Below are positions 36,417 through 48,512 of a stretch of 64,000 nucleotides of DNA, piece by piece (the stretch's first letter is position 1; each line of letters begins with the position of its first letter). The stretch comes from Gracilinanus agilis. Its lineage: Eukaryota. The DNA is taken from assembly GCF_016433145.1 (NCBI RefSeq), contig NC_058135.1, positions 62,024,904 through 62,088,903 on the forward strand. Reading direction: 5' to 3'. The position numbers and the translations under genes are program-made. Below the pieces are notes generated by a model. The model was not told the origin of the DNA. It ran no database searches and worked only from the letters and a program-made list of their open reading frames with translations.

Positions 36417-36611
36417 CAGTGGTTCCCAGACTTTTTTGGTCTACCGCCACCTTTCCAGAAAAAAATATTACTTAATGCCCCTGGAAATTAATTTTTTTTA
36501 AATTTTAATAGCAATTAATAGGAAAGATAAATGCACCTGTGGCCATCACTGCTCTCCTGGATTGCTGCAGCACCCACCAGGGGGTGGTAGTGCCCATTTT
36601 GGGAATCACTG
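36417..36611. mobile_element. hAT-Charlie non-autonomous MITE, 195 bp
   Basis: Terminal inverted repeats cagtggttccca.../...tgggaatcactg, with an 8-bp TSD ctctaaat (36409-36416) / atctaaat (36612-36619). Confidence 0.93.
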
Positions 36612-38384
36612 ATCTAAATTAAGTCTTATCAATGCAATTTCTAGTAAACAAACACCTTCATTATTGAGTGAATTTATCAATGAATGAATAAGTATTCAGT
36701 AAAAAAAATTTATGTGCCAAATAATATGCTAGATACTCAGGACACAAAAAGCAAAAGGGAGAGGCAAACCTGAACTTATTTTGTGATAGGGGGCAGATAA
36801 TACACATAGGGATGTAGGTTTCAGGGAAAGGAGTTTTGGTCTGGGAAGTCATATGGATGCTCAGTGGAGTCTTAGGTTTAGTTTAGGCATTTCATTTAGT
36901 TGATTGTTGTGACCTTTTCTTGATGTGAATACTACATAAAGGTGGGAGTAGGAGAGAAAAGGGGACTCTGGTGGCACTGAAATGGCTTCAGGGTGAAAAA
37001 GTGGTTAAGATGTGAAACAAGCATGGTGCACGCTAGTTATAGTCTGTCAGGTGAGTCTACAATACACATCAATTAGGATAGCTCAGCCCCAGGTCCCAGT
37101 TCCTATAGAATCATGGTCTCTGAAGGACAGGCCTGGAGAGACACTATGCTTTTCTTAATGCCACCTAAGAACCTATTTTCCAATATTTCAGTCATTTTTT
37201 TGAACCTTCTCCAAGTGGTTGACAGTTGTCTTGAGTGGTAAATTCCTGTATTATATGGATTAATCTACATGAGAACCTAACTAATACAGATCACCCCACA
37301 ACCCTTCATTCTCTACTTTTCAATAAAAATCTCAGCTTCAGATTCTCCTTCCTCCTGCAATCTGACTCATGTTGAACTTGGCAGCAGTGACCTTCCAATC
37401 CTTTTTCTGTTATATTGGTGCCCAGTTAATCATTTCAAACTTGGTATTTATGAAGATTTTCCTAGCACTCTTTGCCATTCTGCTTTCCAAGTTCCCATTT
37501 TTTATTGCAATGTACTTCCCCATAGGAATGAGATCATAATTAGGATTCTTATTATTGAATAAATGAAAGAAGGAAAAAGATTTAGGAAGTACTTGTAATG
37601 TACAAAGCCTCTTCCCAAGCAACAGAAAAGTAAAATAGTCCCTGCTCTCAGGGAGCTCACATTTGAATGGAAGAGACAACACAAATGGACATTTCCAGCT
37701 TCAAGTCCCCAGGTCCTTAGTGTATGGCATTAAAATAGATGATAACACTCCTTCCTTACTGTTAAGTAGTTATCTTACTATAATCCTTACCGTTAAAATA
37801 TCATATCAGTTTCTGATGCTGAACCATTTGATAGTGCCAGGGACTTAGGTAGCAAGCACTTTTTTTTCTGGGTCTTCAGGAGCACACATTTTATCTAATC
37901 AGTCCCAGCTATAAATATATGTCATTAAACAAAGATATTAGGTCTATAAGTTTCTTTGTGTTTGTGCAAAATAGTAAACATCTATTATAAAATATATTGT
38001 ATACATGAAATATATGCATGGGTATCTATTATGAAATATATGTGTGCATACACACACATGCTTACTCCACATTTGTAGATTCTCTACACGGAAAGAGACT
38101 CAAAGATCACCTAACTCAGCTTCTTAATATTACAGTTAATGATAAAACCCAGAATGATGAAATACCTTGACAAAGAACATCAACTTAGTGAGGGATAAAT
38201 ATATGACTGGAAATAGGTTCTCCTATATCTTGAGTCTAACCTCTTTCCATCACATCATACTATGACTTTTATCATTCAAGGAGCTACTTCAAGAAACCTA
38301 TTCAATAATCAATAAGGGCAATCTTTTCACTGCTGTTGGTCACAATCCATCAATATTTTTAAACTTTGTAAAACATATTCATTG

Positions 38385-38625
38385 GTTGTTTTTGAGTCAT
38401 TTCAGTCATATCTGACTTTTTGTGACCCCATTTGGAGTTTTCTCAGCAAAGATGGTTTACCATTTCCTTCTCCAGTTCATTTTACAGATGAGGAAACTGA
38501 GGCAAACAGGGTTGAATGACTTTCCCAGGATCATAGAACTAGTGTCTGAGGTAGGATTTGAACTCATGAAGATGAATCTTCTTGACTTCAGGCCTGGTAC
38601 GCTTTGCACTGTGCCACCTAGCTCC
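38385..38625 (-). mobile_element. Mar1 CORE-SINE
   Basis: gtgaccccatttggagttttctcagcaaagat...cactgtgccacctagc. Confidence 0.85.
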
Positions 38626-39289
38626 CCCAGTTGTTAATCACCTTTAAGTTTACCATGGAGGATCCCCCCAATAAGTGAGCCCTTCCTTTGGCTATTTTAA
38701 TATTTCAGGGATAAAAGTATGGCCCCTGGGCTGTATGAATGCTATCCATCCCTAACATGATCAGACTACCTCTCTCTCAGTCAGATATATTGTCAAAGCT
38801 TGCTTGCTTGCTTCCTTTTACAAGACTAGGCTACCCATCTCACCTAGACTAGGCATGCAGATGTTTCTCCTGGATCCAGTCTCATCATTGATCCTCACAT
38901 GAGCACTGATTCTCTATTTCCAACTTGTGCTAGTTCCACCCCCTTTAGGAACCTAGCAGCTCCCAAGTATCCAAGGGGTCACCATATTTATGTGGACACC
39001 TCATTGGCACACCCCATAGTAACTACAGACTCTCAGACTCGAGAGATGACAGTAATAATTATAATAATTATTATATTATTAGTTATTATAACTATAGCTC
39101 AGACTCCCGAGCTCGAGATAAGACTTATTATTTAACTAATAATTTATACAGCAGGTTTATATGCTCATTTAAGGTTTATATGTTATATAGGTTTATGTTA
39201 TCTCATTTGATTCTCACAAAAATCCTGAGAGAAAGACACTGGAAATGAAGAGAAGTTAGATGACTTGCCCAACAAGGGTTGAAGGCAGG

Positions 39290-39500
39290 CTCTAGAATGG
39301 GATTATCTGGGTTCAAATCCAGTCTCTAACCCTTACTACCTGTGTGACCTTGGGTCTGCCAACTTGACCACTGTATACCTCAGTTTCCTCATCTAATAAA
39401 TGGGAGTGATGATAGCATTTACCTTCCAGGGTCGTTGTAAAGATCAAATAAGATAATTGTAAAATATTTTGTGAACCTCAAAGTGCTATTGAAACACTAG
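39290..39500 (+). mobile_element. MIR-type CORE-SINE
   Basis: gggttcaaatcc...cctcagtttcctcatct...gtcgttgtaaagatcaaataagata. Confidence 0.8.
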
Positions 39501-40709
39501 TTGTTGTTGTTGTTGTTGTTACTATTGTTATTCTGTTTTATTTTAGTCCAGACTCATGATTTCATCAATAAAGGGAACTCCTAGATGTGAATACTCCTTT
39601 TGCCCATGCAAACAGATGCATGCTCTACCATTTATAAGCTCACAACCTAGAGAACTACCAGGATAACACTGTTATTAAAAGGATGGAATTTTTAAAGCAC
39701 CAATCAATTGGAATTGGAATTGCTGAATGCACTCAACATCTTTCCAAAAATGATCCAAGTCTATTCTCTTCCTTCTCTTAACTCCTGACCAGTTCACTGC
39801 CCATCTACAAACTGGCAGAACAATTCAGAGGGCTCCATGTAACTGCTTATTGTAATCTGGGCAGCCTGTATCTCTTACTTTGTTTCTCTTTTGTGGACGG
39901 TAAATTCAATTTCTTTTGAAAGACTATGAATTTCATTGAGGAAATGTTGCAGTGTTCTAGGACTTCATATAATTGGTGCAGTATCTTCTACTGAATTATA
40001 CATTTGACCCCAACCTAACATTCTTGTGCTAGCTAAAATGAACACTAAACATTTAATTTATTTTAGAAAAAATAATTTAGATTGATTTATGTTTCTTTAA
40101 AAAGAGGTACAGGAAATTTTGACCTTTTTCTCCCCTTGATACATTTATCTGTCTTATTTTATACCTAAAGAAACTGAGGCAGAGAAAAGCTGTGACTTAA
40201 CCCCAGAACATAAAGCAAATCAGTGGAAGATCCTGGACTAGAATTTAAGTCTCTTAGCTTCTGATCCTGTGTTCTTTTCACCACAAGATGTTGTAAATGA
40301 ACTATATAATATCTAGATGGTCTTGTAAGTATCCAGGAAAACCCAGACCCACAGGGACAATAGTTGATTATTTTTAAAATGTTGAGAAGGGGGGCAAAAA
40401 AGAGTTTCAATAAAGTACTTTAAATGCACAGAAGTAAAAAAAAAAAAGCAAAGAAGGTACTTCAGCCAAGTAGTTTTGTTAGTACTTTAACATACATCTT
40501 AAAAAAGAAACTGTATGTGACAGTTCACAGTTTCTTACACAAGCTTTTCTTCTTCCTCTTTGCATATTGAAATATTTGTGTTTATTGGTAATTGCCAAGT
40601 TTACAATAAAAAGGTGAGGAGAGATTTTAAAGAGAGACCTTCATTGAGCTACCTTCTGGAAACAGATTATCAAACGTCTCATATCCTAGACTGTAAATGG
40701 TAAGGATGA

Positions 40710-41140
40710 GGCAACTCAGTGAATGGAGCACTGAGCTTAGAGTAAGGAAGACTCTTCTTCCTAAATTCTAATCTGGCCTCAGAGGCAGCTAGGTAGCACA
40801 GCAGATACAGTGCCAGGCCTAGAGGCGGGAGGCCCTCGACTCAAATCTGCCCTCAGACATTTCCTAGCTGTGTGGCCCTGGGCAAGTCACTTCATCCCAA
40901 TTGCCTTAGTACAGATTCTAAGAACTTGGTATCAATTCTAAAACAGAAGATAAAGATTTTTTTTAACCTAGTCTCAAACACTTACTAGCTATGTGATCCT
41001 GGACAAGGAATTTCATCCTGTTTGCCTCCGTTTCCTCATCTGTAAAATGAGCTGGAGAAGGAAATGGCAAACCACTCCAGTATCTTTGCCATGAAAAATC
41101 CCAAATGGGGTCACAAAGAGCTGTACAAAACTGAAATGGC
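40710..41140 (+). mobile_element. Mar1 CORE-SINE interrupted by a SINE1-like copy
   Basis: gagctggagaaggaaatggcaaaccactccagtatctttgcc tail at about 41049-41090. Confidence 0.85.
40782..40966 (+). mobile_element. SINE1-like SINE nested in a Mar1 copy
   Basis: The Mar1 head (...atctggcctcaga) is interrupted and resumes at cctagtctcaaacacttactagct. Confidence 0.75.
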
Positions 41141-41257
41141 TGAGAAACAATAGATAGTATAGATGGTAAGAAGGCGGAATCAACTTGCCATATGTAATGT
41201 AATTTAAATACCATTTTTATTCAAGCCATAAACAAGCTCTTTTTAAGTACTAAAGCC

Positions 41258-41500
41258 AGGGGAGCAACTAGGGAGCTCAGTGGATAGATTGGTATGCCCA
41301 GAGTCAGGAAGACCCAAGTTCAAATCCCACTTCAGACACTTGCCTGGGCAAGTCGTTTGCCTCAGATCCTTGTTTGCCTCAGTTTCTTCATCTGTAAAAT
41401 GAGATGGAGAAGGAAATGACAACCACTCTAGTATCTTTGCCAAAAAAAAAATCTAAATGGGCTCCTAAAGAGTAAGACATGACTGAAAACAACCACAACG
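41258..41500 (+). mobile_element. Mar1 CORE-SINE
   Basis: ggggagcaactaggg...ggagaaggaaatgacaaccactctagtatctttgcc. Confidence 0.85.
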
Positions 41501-41599
41501 ATATGTTTGGGGCTGCACTAAGTGTTCAGAACACAAATATAAAAGTGAGATACTCTGTTCTCAAAGAGCTTCCTTCCTCAAGAGAGATACAACATGTTC

Positions 41600-41880
41600 A
41601 CTAATAAAGATATCAATTAATAATATACATTTACATATGTTTATATATTTATATGTAATTTATATAACTAATTTTTATAATTTTACGATTTTATCATTTT
41701 ATAATATAATAATATAATAATTTTTATAATTTTATTATTTTAAAAATAAATTTTATAATTGTTCCTAATCACTATGATAATTAAATAAATTGCCATATTA
41801 TTGTATTATAATAATATGCTTATATATAATACACAACATTTATGTGTTTATATAAGATAAATATGGGTGCATGTATTATA
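41600..41880. repeat. Extremely AT-rich low-complexity tract
   Basis: Almost only A/T, with ataat/ttata units. Confidence 0.85.
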
Positions 41881-42046
41881 ATACCACATGATAACCGGGT
41901 AAAATGGGAGGGAGGGCATTAACAACTGGGAAGACCAGCAAGGAAGGAATGAAGACCCATAGGAAACCAAGAAAGTCCACTAATCTGATTAAAGTCCAAT
42001 TATTTTTAAAGTAGTTCAAAATAACATTAAATAAAAGAATTAGGGT

Positions 42047-42450
42047 GGGGGCAGGAGGTTAGGTGTCTCCATGGATAGAGAACCAGTTCCAGAGATGGGA
42101 GGTCCTGGGTTCAAATCTGACCTCAGACACTTCCTAGCTGTGTCCCTATGCAAGTCACTTAACCATCATTGCCTAACCCAGTGATTCCCAAACTTTTTTG
42201 GCCTACAGCCCCCTTTCCAGAAAAAAATATTACTTAGCCCCTTGGAAAATAATTTTTTTTTAATTTTAATAGCAATTAATAGGAAAGATAAATGCACCTG
42301 TGGCCATCACCGCTCTCCTGGATCACTGCAGCACCCACCAGGGGGTGGTGGCGCCCACTTTGGGAATCACTGGCCTAACCCTTACTGCTCTTCTGCCTTG
42401 GAACCAATATACAGTATTGATTCTAAGACGGAAAGTAAGAGTTTGAAATA
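42047..42450 (+). mobile_element. SINE1_Mdo-type SINE split by the MITE
   Basis: The head ends ...cattgcctaacc and resumes gcctaacccttactgctcttctgccttggaaccaatatacagtattg. Confidence 0.9.
42179..42372. mobile_element. hAT-Charlie non-autonomous MITE, 194 bp, nested in a SINE1_Mdo-type SINE
   Basis: Terminal inverted repeats cagtgattcccaaact / actttgggaatcactg, with a perfect 8-bp TSD gcctaacc (42171-42178, 42373-42380). Highly similar to 36417-36611. Confidence 0.95.
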
Positions 42451-43929
42451 ATTGATTCGTTTTTAAAAAGGAAAGAATCATCGAAAAGGAGATGAGGGAA
42501 AGGAGGAAGGGAATTAGATAATACTTAGCCTATGAAATAGTTTCTCAGCAAAAGTTAAGCAAAAAATAAGATGGTGAAAAAGGCAAATGAAGGCAACTAC
42601 AAAATTAAGTAGATAAAATAAGTGGAAGTAGTTGGAATTGGCAAGATAGATAACAGGAATGAGCAGGGAAAAGGGGGAAAACTAGCTCAGCCAGAGAATT
42701 TAAAGAGTTAACAAAAGAGGCTGGGGGGAAATGAAGACGAGATTGGGGAATGAAAGGGGGAATAAAAAGCAAGTCCCCAGGCAGGTCAGTTTTGATGCCG
42801 AAAAACTTGGCAGGGTCTTGAGAAGGGAAAGTGGATGTGAATGACAAATGTACAGCATAAAAATAAATCATCCCTTTTGGATCTTCTGCAGGAACAAATT
42901 TTCCAGAGATTTAGATTTGGTAAACAGACCAAGCTGGATCACAGTGAGAAACTTATAGGGGATTTGGGATGTCAAACACACAGAAGCCATGGTTTGCTTG
43001 TAATGTTAAAAATAACACCTTTCTTGGCCTTTTAGTTTCGGGCTCATTTCAAATAGCTGTAGTTCATAGAGGGCCTAACTATAAAAAAATAAGAACCTAA
43101 ATCAACTTGTTAGTTTTTTTTTCTTTTTTCTAAAGCTAGGAGTATACCTAAAAGAAGACAGACCTGAAATTCATAGTGTCATTCATTTTTTCCTCAGACT
43201 TGAAAACCACAGATTGTGCTCTAAAAAGAAGTTATGGCATATTTGTCAATATGGGTAGGAGGGGGGATCTAAAATACAGGATGATTCCTGAAATCTATAC
43301 CAAAGTAATTCCAATCTTGCAGGGCTTTCATTGAAATGAGATAGATTGAAACAGCTGGAAAGAAAATGGATATGGAAAAGGATGCATATTTTTCATTTCA
43401 AAACAAAATGAAAGATTCTTCCATGCATAAGTTGTTCCCTGGGAATAATTCTTTTTTTTCTTTTGGAAACTTCATTAATTTACAGACAATATGGGCATCA
43501 ATAAGTGACGCCAAAGGAATCAGCCTGTAGTGGTCTAATTGAATTAGTGCTGTTTCTAAAAGTGCCTAACCCAGACAGTGGGGGAAAAAAACTCTATTAA
43601 TCTTAAAACAATTATTTTTAGAAAAGCTTAGAAGTCTCTCATGTCTTCTTTTTTAAAGTTTCACTGTCCAAAACATTGGTTTAACACTTAGTTTACATTT
43701 TTTGAACTTTATGAAATGCACTAAAAAGTCTTAACATGCCCTTTAATCAGCATTGAACAGATACTTCCTGTGCCAGAGGGGTTTTATCCCATATAAAAAC
43801 ATAAAATATTTACTTAGATGTGAAAAAAGAGGTCAGAATAGGAAGACTGGAATTTGGAGTAGTCAGAGAAATTAGTGGACAGACCCCGTGCTCCATGGGT
43901 ATTCATACAATGTCAAGACATCTGGAGGA

Positions 43930-44460
43930 AGTTCCTTACTACTACCAAAAAAAAAAAAAAAAGCAACTCTGCTACAAATATTTTTGTACTTATGGGTTCT
44001 TTTCCGTTTTCTTTGATCTCTTCGGGGTATAGACCTAGCTGAGCCAAAGATTATGCATAGTTTAGTGACTTGGAAGGGGGAGGAAGCAGCATAGTTCCAA
44101 ATTGATTAGCAGAACAGCTGGGCCAATTCCTGGTTCTACCAACAATGTGTTAATGTGCCTGTTTTCCAGCAGCACCTCCAACTTTTAGCAGTTTCACCTT
44201 TTGTCATCTTTCACAACCTGATGGATATGAAATGAATCTTCAGAGTTGATTTAATTTACATTTCTCTGATTATTAGATATTAGAATTTTTTTCCTCCTGT
44301 TTGGATTTCTTCTTTTGAAATCTGCCAATTTATATCCTCTGACCATTTGTCAAGTGGAGAATGACTCTGATTCTTATAAATATAAATCAATTCCACATTA
44401 TACTGGAAATTTGACCTCTGCTAGGGAAATTTGCTGAAAATGTGCTCCTCAATTAATTAT
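43930..44460 (-). mobile_element. Old L1 ORF2 C-terminal fragment
   Basis: gctacaaatatttttgtac, gcatagttccaaattg and tttaatttacatttctctgattattag are antisense L1 ORF2 motifs. Confidence 0.75.
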
Positions 44461-45559
44461 TTTCCTTCTAATATGAATTGCATGGGAAGACTCCAAGCAT
44501 TTTAGAAAGCATTGAACGCAACTCCAATGGAGGATAAGGCCAAAAGTCACTCTAGGTAAACAACCAGAAATGAGTAAAGATTTGCACTACTGGAATAGGA
44601 TGCCCACAAATATGATATCACAGATTTGTTTTTTAAATTTACTTATCATGGGATCACAGTTTTAAAGCTGAAAGCATCTTAGAAGTTCATTTCTTTCTGA
44701 CCCTCTCATTTTGTAGATAAGGAAATCAAGGCTCAGAAAGGTTAAGTAACTTACCTAAGATCACCTAATTCAACAAGTGTTTAGCCACTGAAGTATGAAA
44801 CCAGTTGGTCAAAGCCATCCAAATTCTGAATTTCCAAGCAGAATTACCATGTACTTTTAGATTGCTCTATTCATGAGACTCAAGTACTACAGGGTCTTCT
44901 TGGGTGGTATGGAAGGGAGAGATGGCAAAAGACCAGTGAGATTGCATAAAGGATCGCTGAGTATGACATAAGTAAAGAGTATGGATATAGTCTTTAAACA
45001 TTACTGCTATTTATGTCCCACAAAATCCTAATATAGCCCAAGTTTATAGGAGATAGAGAGTATGAACCAAAATATATCATTACCTTCTTAGTCAATTCTC
45101 TGATGACTACAGCATCTTGAAACTAAAACAGCTTTTTCCATAAGAACAAAGTTTAGATATATGCCTCATAAATGAAATTACTTTATGCATACTTCCAAAA
45201 AATATAGCTCTGAGTACCTAATTGTTTTTCCTTTTGACAAGTTGTCTCTGAACACCTGTTAAAACTATTACAGTTTTGTCCTTTGGGGGCAATAGGAAGA
45301 TCAGCTCTCTCAAACACTACATTTTCTCAAGACATGCCCCAAAAAATGGAAATTATTAGAGGTCAATACACCAATTGAATACATTGAGTAATTTAGCAGT
45401 CTTTATGTGATATCCCACCCACCCAACAGTTATTCATAATGGTTAGAATATTTATTTCATGGCTGAAATTTTTTTTTCAAATACTGGTGACATCATGAAA
45501 AAAGAAACAGCTTCAGCCCAGGTGATTATTTTCATGAAGTCATAGGAAAAATATGTCTA

Positions 45560-46100
45560 CTTGATATGAAAAAGAAGATATTTGTCAAGTTAAATTTATT
45601 TTCAAAGCTAAACCTAAGGGGAGAATTCTTAAGAAGATGTGGGATAGAGATCATAAACAACAAAACAGAAATTTTCAACTATCAAAATGTTTAAATATAT
45701 ATTACTCATAAATATTCTTTTATACAATATATATTTTAAAACATATTTTTCCCTCTCACTCTCTTGGGTAGTCATTTCTTATAACAAAGAATTTTAAGTA
45801 GGAGAGAAAAGAGTTTAGCAAAACTGAGCAACATATCAAAAAAGTTCAATATGACATGCTTTCACCTACACAACATACAAAAACTTCTGCACAAATAAAA
45901 TCAATCTAGCAAGAGTAAGACTATCCATTGGCAAATATTCAAAATATAAAAAGAATTAAAAATATATAAAAGTGAGACTATGAAATGAAATAATATGGAA
46001 AAGAATTTCAAACTATAAACAAGCCTATGAAAGATTGTTATAATTGTCATACTGATAAAAAATGAAATACAAATTAAAATAATTCAGGTTTCACTTCTTT
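45560..46100 (+). mobile_element. Old L1 ORF2 fragments, interrupted
   Basis: ggggagaattctta, aaaaacttctgcacaaataaaatcaat (KSFCTNKIN-like) and aaatacaaattaaaataattcaggtttcac. Confidence 0.6.
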
Positions 46101-48049
46101 GGAGGGGAATTTTTTTTCATTTTTTTTATTGTCAGGCAAAACATAGCTAGTGTCTGAGGCAGAAATAGAACTCAGATCTTTTTTACTCTAAGTCCAGAAT
46201 TCTTAACCCTACACCACACAGCTACCTCAAAGTAGCTAACATTTATACAATCTCTTTATGCTTTGTACAGTGCTACGCATATATTGTTCATTTGCTTTCT
46301 TTACAACCTTGTGTGGTAGTTGCTATTATTATCGCTATTTCACAAGCAGAGAAACCGAAGCTATGTAATTTGCCCAGTGAGTGTCTGAGGCAAGATTGGA
46401 ACTCAGGTCCTTTTGACTCCAAATGCAGTTTTATTAGAAACAAAATATGAGCATAGCATACTTTAATTACTCAGAGAAAAGCTTTAGGAAAAAACATATT
46501 AAAGTTTTATTAATGGCTTATTTTACATCTTAGTCATTTATTAATGTGATATTAACCTTCCATCTCACCCCTCTCTTGCAATGAACTGTCCCTTGTTAGG
46601 AAGAAGAATTACACAGTCAGCTGATATTACAACCACATGAAGAAATGATGATTCTAAGAAATTCATAAAATTCATGGGAAAACTTGTATGAACTGATGCA
46701 AAGGAAGCAGAACCAAGAAATATACAGATGGCTACAATAACACAAGTGAACAGAGAATGAATTGTAATGACCAGTTTTGACCTCCAAGAAAAGATGAATC
46801 TGATACAGTTTAAAGAGCAGCCAATTTTGAGTCATAGGACCTAAATTCTCATCCAAATTCTACCATCTCCTATTTCTGTGACCTCTAGCAAGTCACAACC
46901 TCTTTGGGTCTGTTTCCTCATTCATAAAATGAAAAGGCTGGACAAGAAGACTTACCAAGTCCCTTCCATCTCCAGATGAAGAGTCATCTCTTTGGAGAAT
47001 TGGAGGCTATGGATGAAAAATGGTGCCAATACTTAGATATGGTTCTTGTGTCAGCCAACTATATAATTGTGTTTCTGCCTTACAAAGGAAAACTCATGAG
47101 GAAGAAATGGAATGGGTGATCAATATCAGATTAATAAATGATGATAAAAAAAACAAGAGGCATCAATAAAACTTTTTATTTTTCTAAAACACTGCTTTAA
47201 GGAAGAAAGTATTTTGTAGTATTCATATTTTGATTTTAATCATTCAGAAAGCTTGATCAATATAAGTAATTCCTTCATTGACTCAGATCACAATCCTTCT
47301 GTGTATTAATAACTGATTTCATACGTTGCTTTGCTCCAAAAAATTAACTAAATAGTCGCTAACTTTCTAGGGACAAGTGTCTTCAAAGTCTCCTATACTG
47401 GTGTGGTCCTTCGTTGACAAATATATTATTTATTGCCAATCCCTTGCTAGGTGTCTTTCCAGCATAGAAATTACTCATTTTTATGTTCAACTCACATAAG
47501 CCTCCTCTAAAAATCCAGGGTCATTTCTTTGTCATAATCAGGCATTAAATGGAAACCTCCCAATTTAAAGTGAAGAAAAGTAAGATCTAGAAACCTCAGG
47601 GTTTCCCCCACTCCCACCCCAAAAAGCTACACAGAAGGGTTAGAACCCTATGACTTTTAGCTTTATCTTGGGACATAAAAAGCCATAAGAAGTTTATCTA
47701 GGCATTCAGTTGCTTAGAAAAACTATGCATTACATTTATTAGAGTCTGTGAAGTCTATGTTTAAGCCGCATTCACAAGAATCACTGAATGCTTTGTCCCC
47801 ATTTTTTTTCCTGCCTTTGGATCACTTTGATTCATTCTGAGATGTTCATTCTGAACAGGACCCATAATTTCATTAATTCAGGAAGCTAGTTCCTTAAGTG
47901 AGGATCTTTCTCTATCAATGGAGATGCACGTTCTCTTAAAGTCTTAGAGAGTTGTTTGGGACTCTAAGGGATGAAATGGCTTTGAATCCTGTGGTCAGTT
48001 CAGTGAGAAATGAGATTTGATCACAGCTCTTCTTGATACTCAGGGGACA

Positions 48050-48300
48050 GCAAGACAGAGCACTGAGTCTGGACCAAGGAAGACTTGACTTCAAATATGG
48101 CCTTAGACATTTAGTAGCTGTATGACTTTGGACAAGCGACTTAACCTCTATCTGCCTCAATTTCCTCAACTGTAAAATGGAGATAATAATAACACCTCTG
48201 TCCCAGAGTTGTTGTGAGGATAAGATGAGATAACGATATCTGTAAAGTGCTTAGACCATATTAAGTGCCTGGCACATAATAGACTCAAAAAAATACTTAT
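48050..48300 (+). mobile_element. MIR-type CORE-SINE
   Basis: ttcctcaactgtaaaatggagataataataacac...gttgttgtgaggataagatgagata...gtaaagtgctt. Confidence 0.8.
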
Positions 48301-48354
48301 TCCCTTCCCACTTATTGCCCTGTGGGTTGATTCCAAGGTCTCTATTTCCTTGAA

Positions 48355-48512
48355 GAGGGGTGTTAAATACACTGCAGAATCAGATTTAAAAGCAGTAGGG
48401 AAATATTTAACAAATAAATAAAAATACTATAGAATATAGTTAACATTATAACCCTGAGGGGTTTTTATGTTTGGTTTAGTGGCCCCCATTTCTATTTGAG
48501 TTTGACACCATT
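48355..48512. mobile_element. Second ancient hAT-like MITE family (another copy at about 25925-26089)
   Basis: gggtgttaaatac...ggtttagtggcccccatttctatttgagtttgacaccattg. The shared internal sequence at 25925-26089 is cut by an L1. Confidence 0.6.

Noticed and set aside
43947-43962. A16 run that looks like a retrocopy poly(A) tail
   Set aside because: It is an expanded internal A-run of an antisense L1 segment (ctactaccAAAA...gctacaaatatttttgtac), and there is no TSD.
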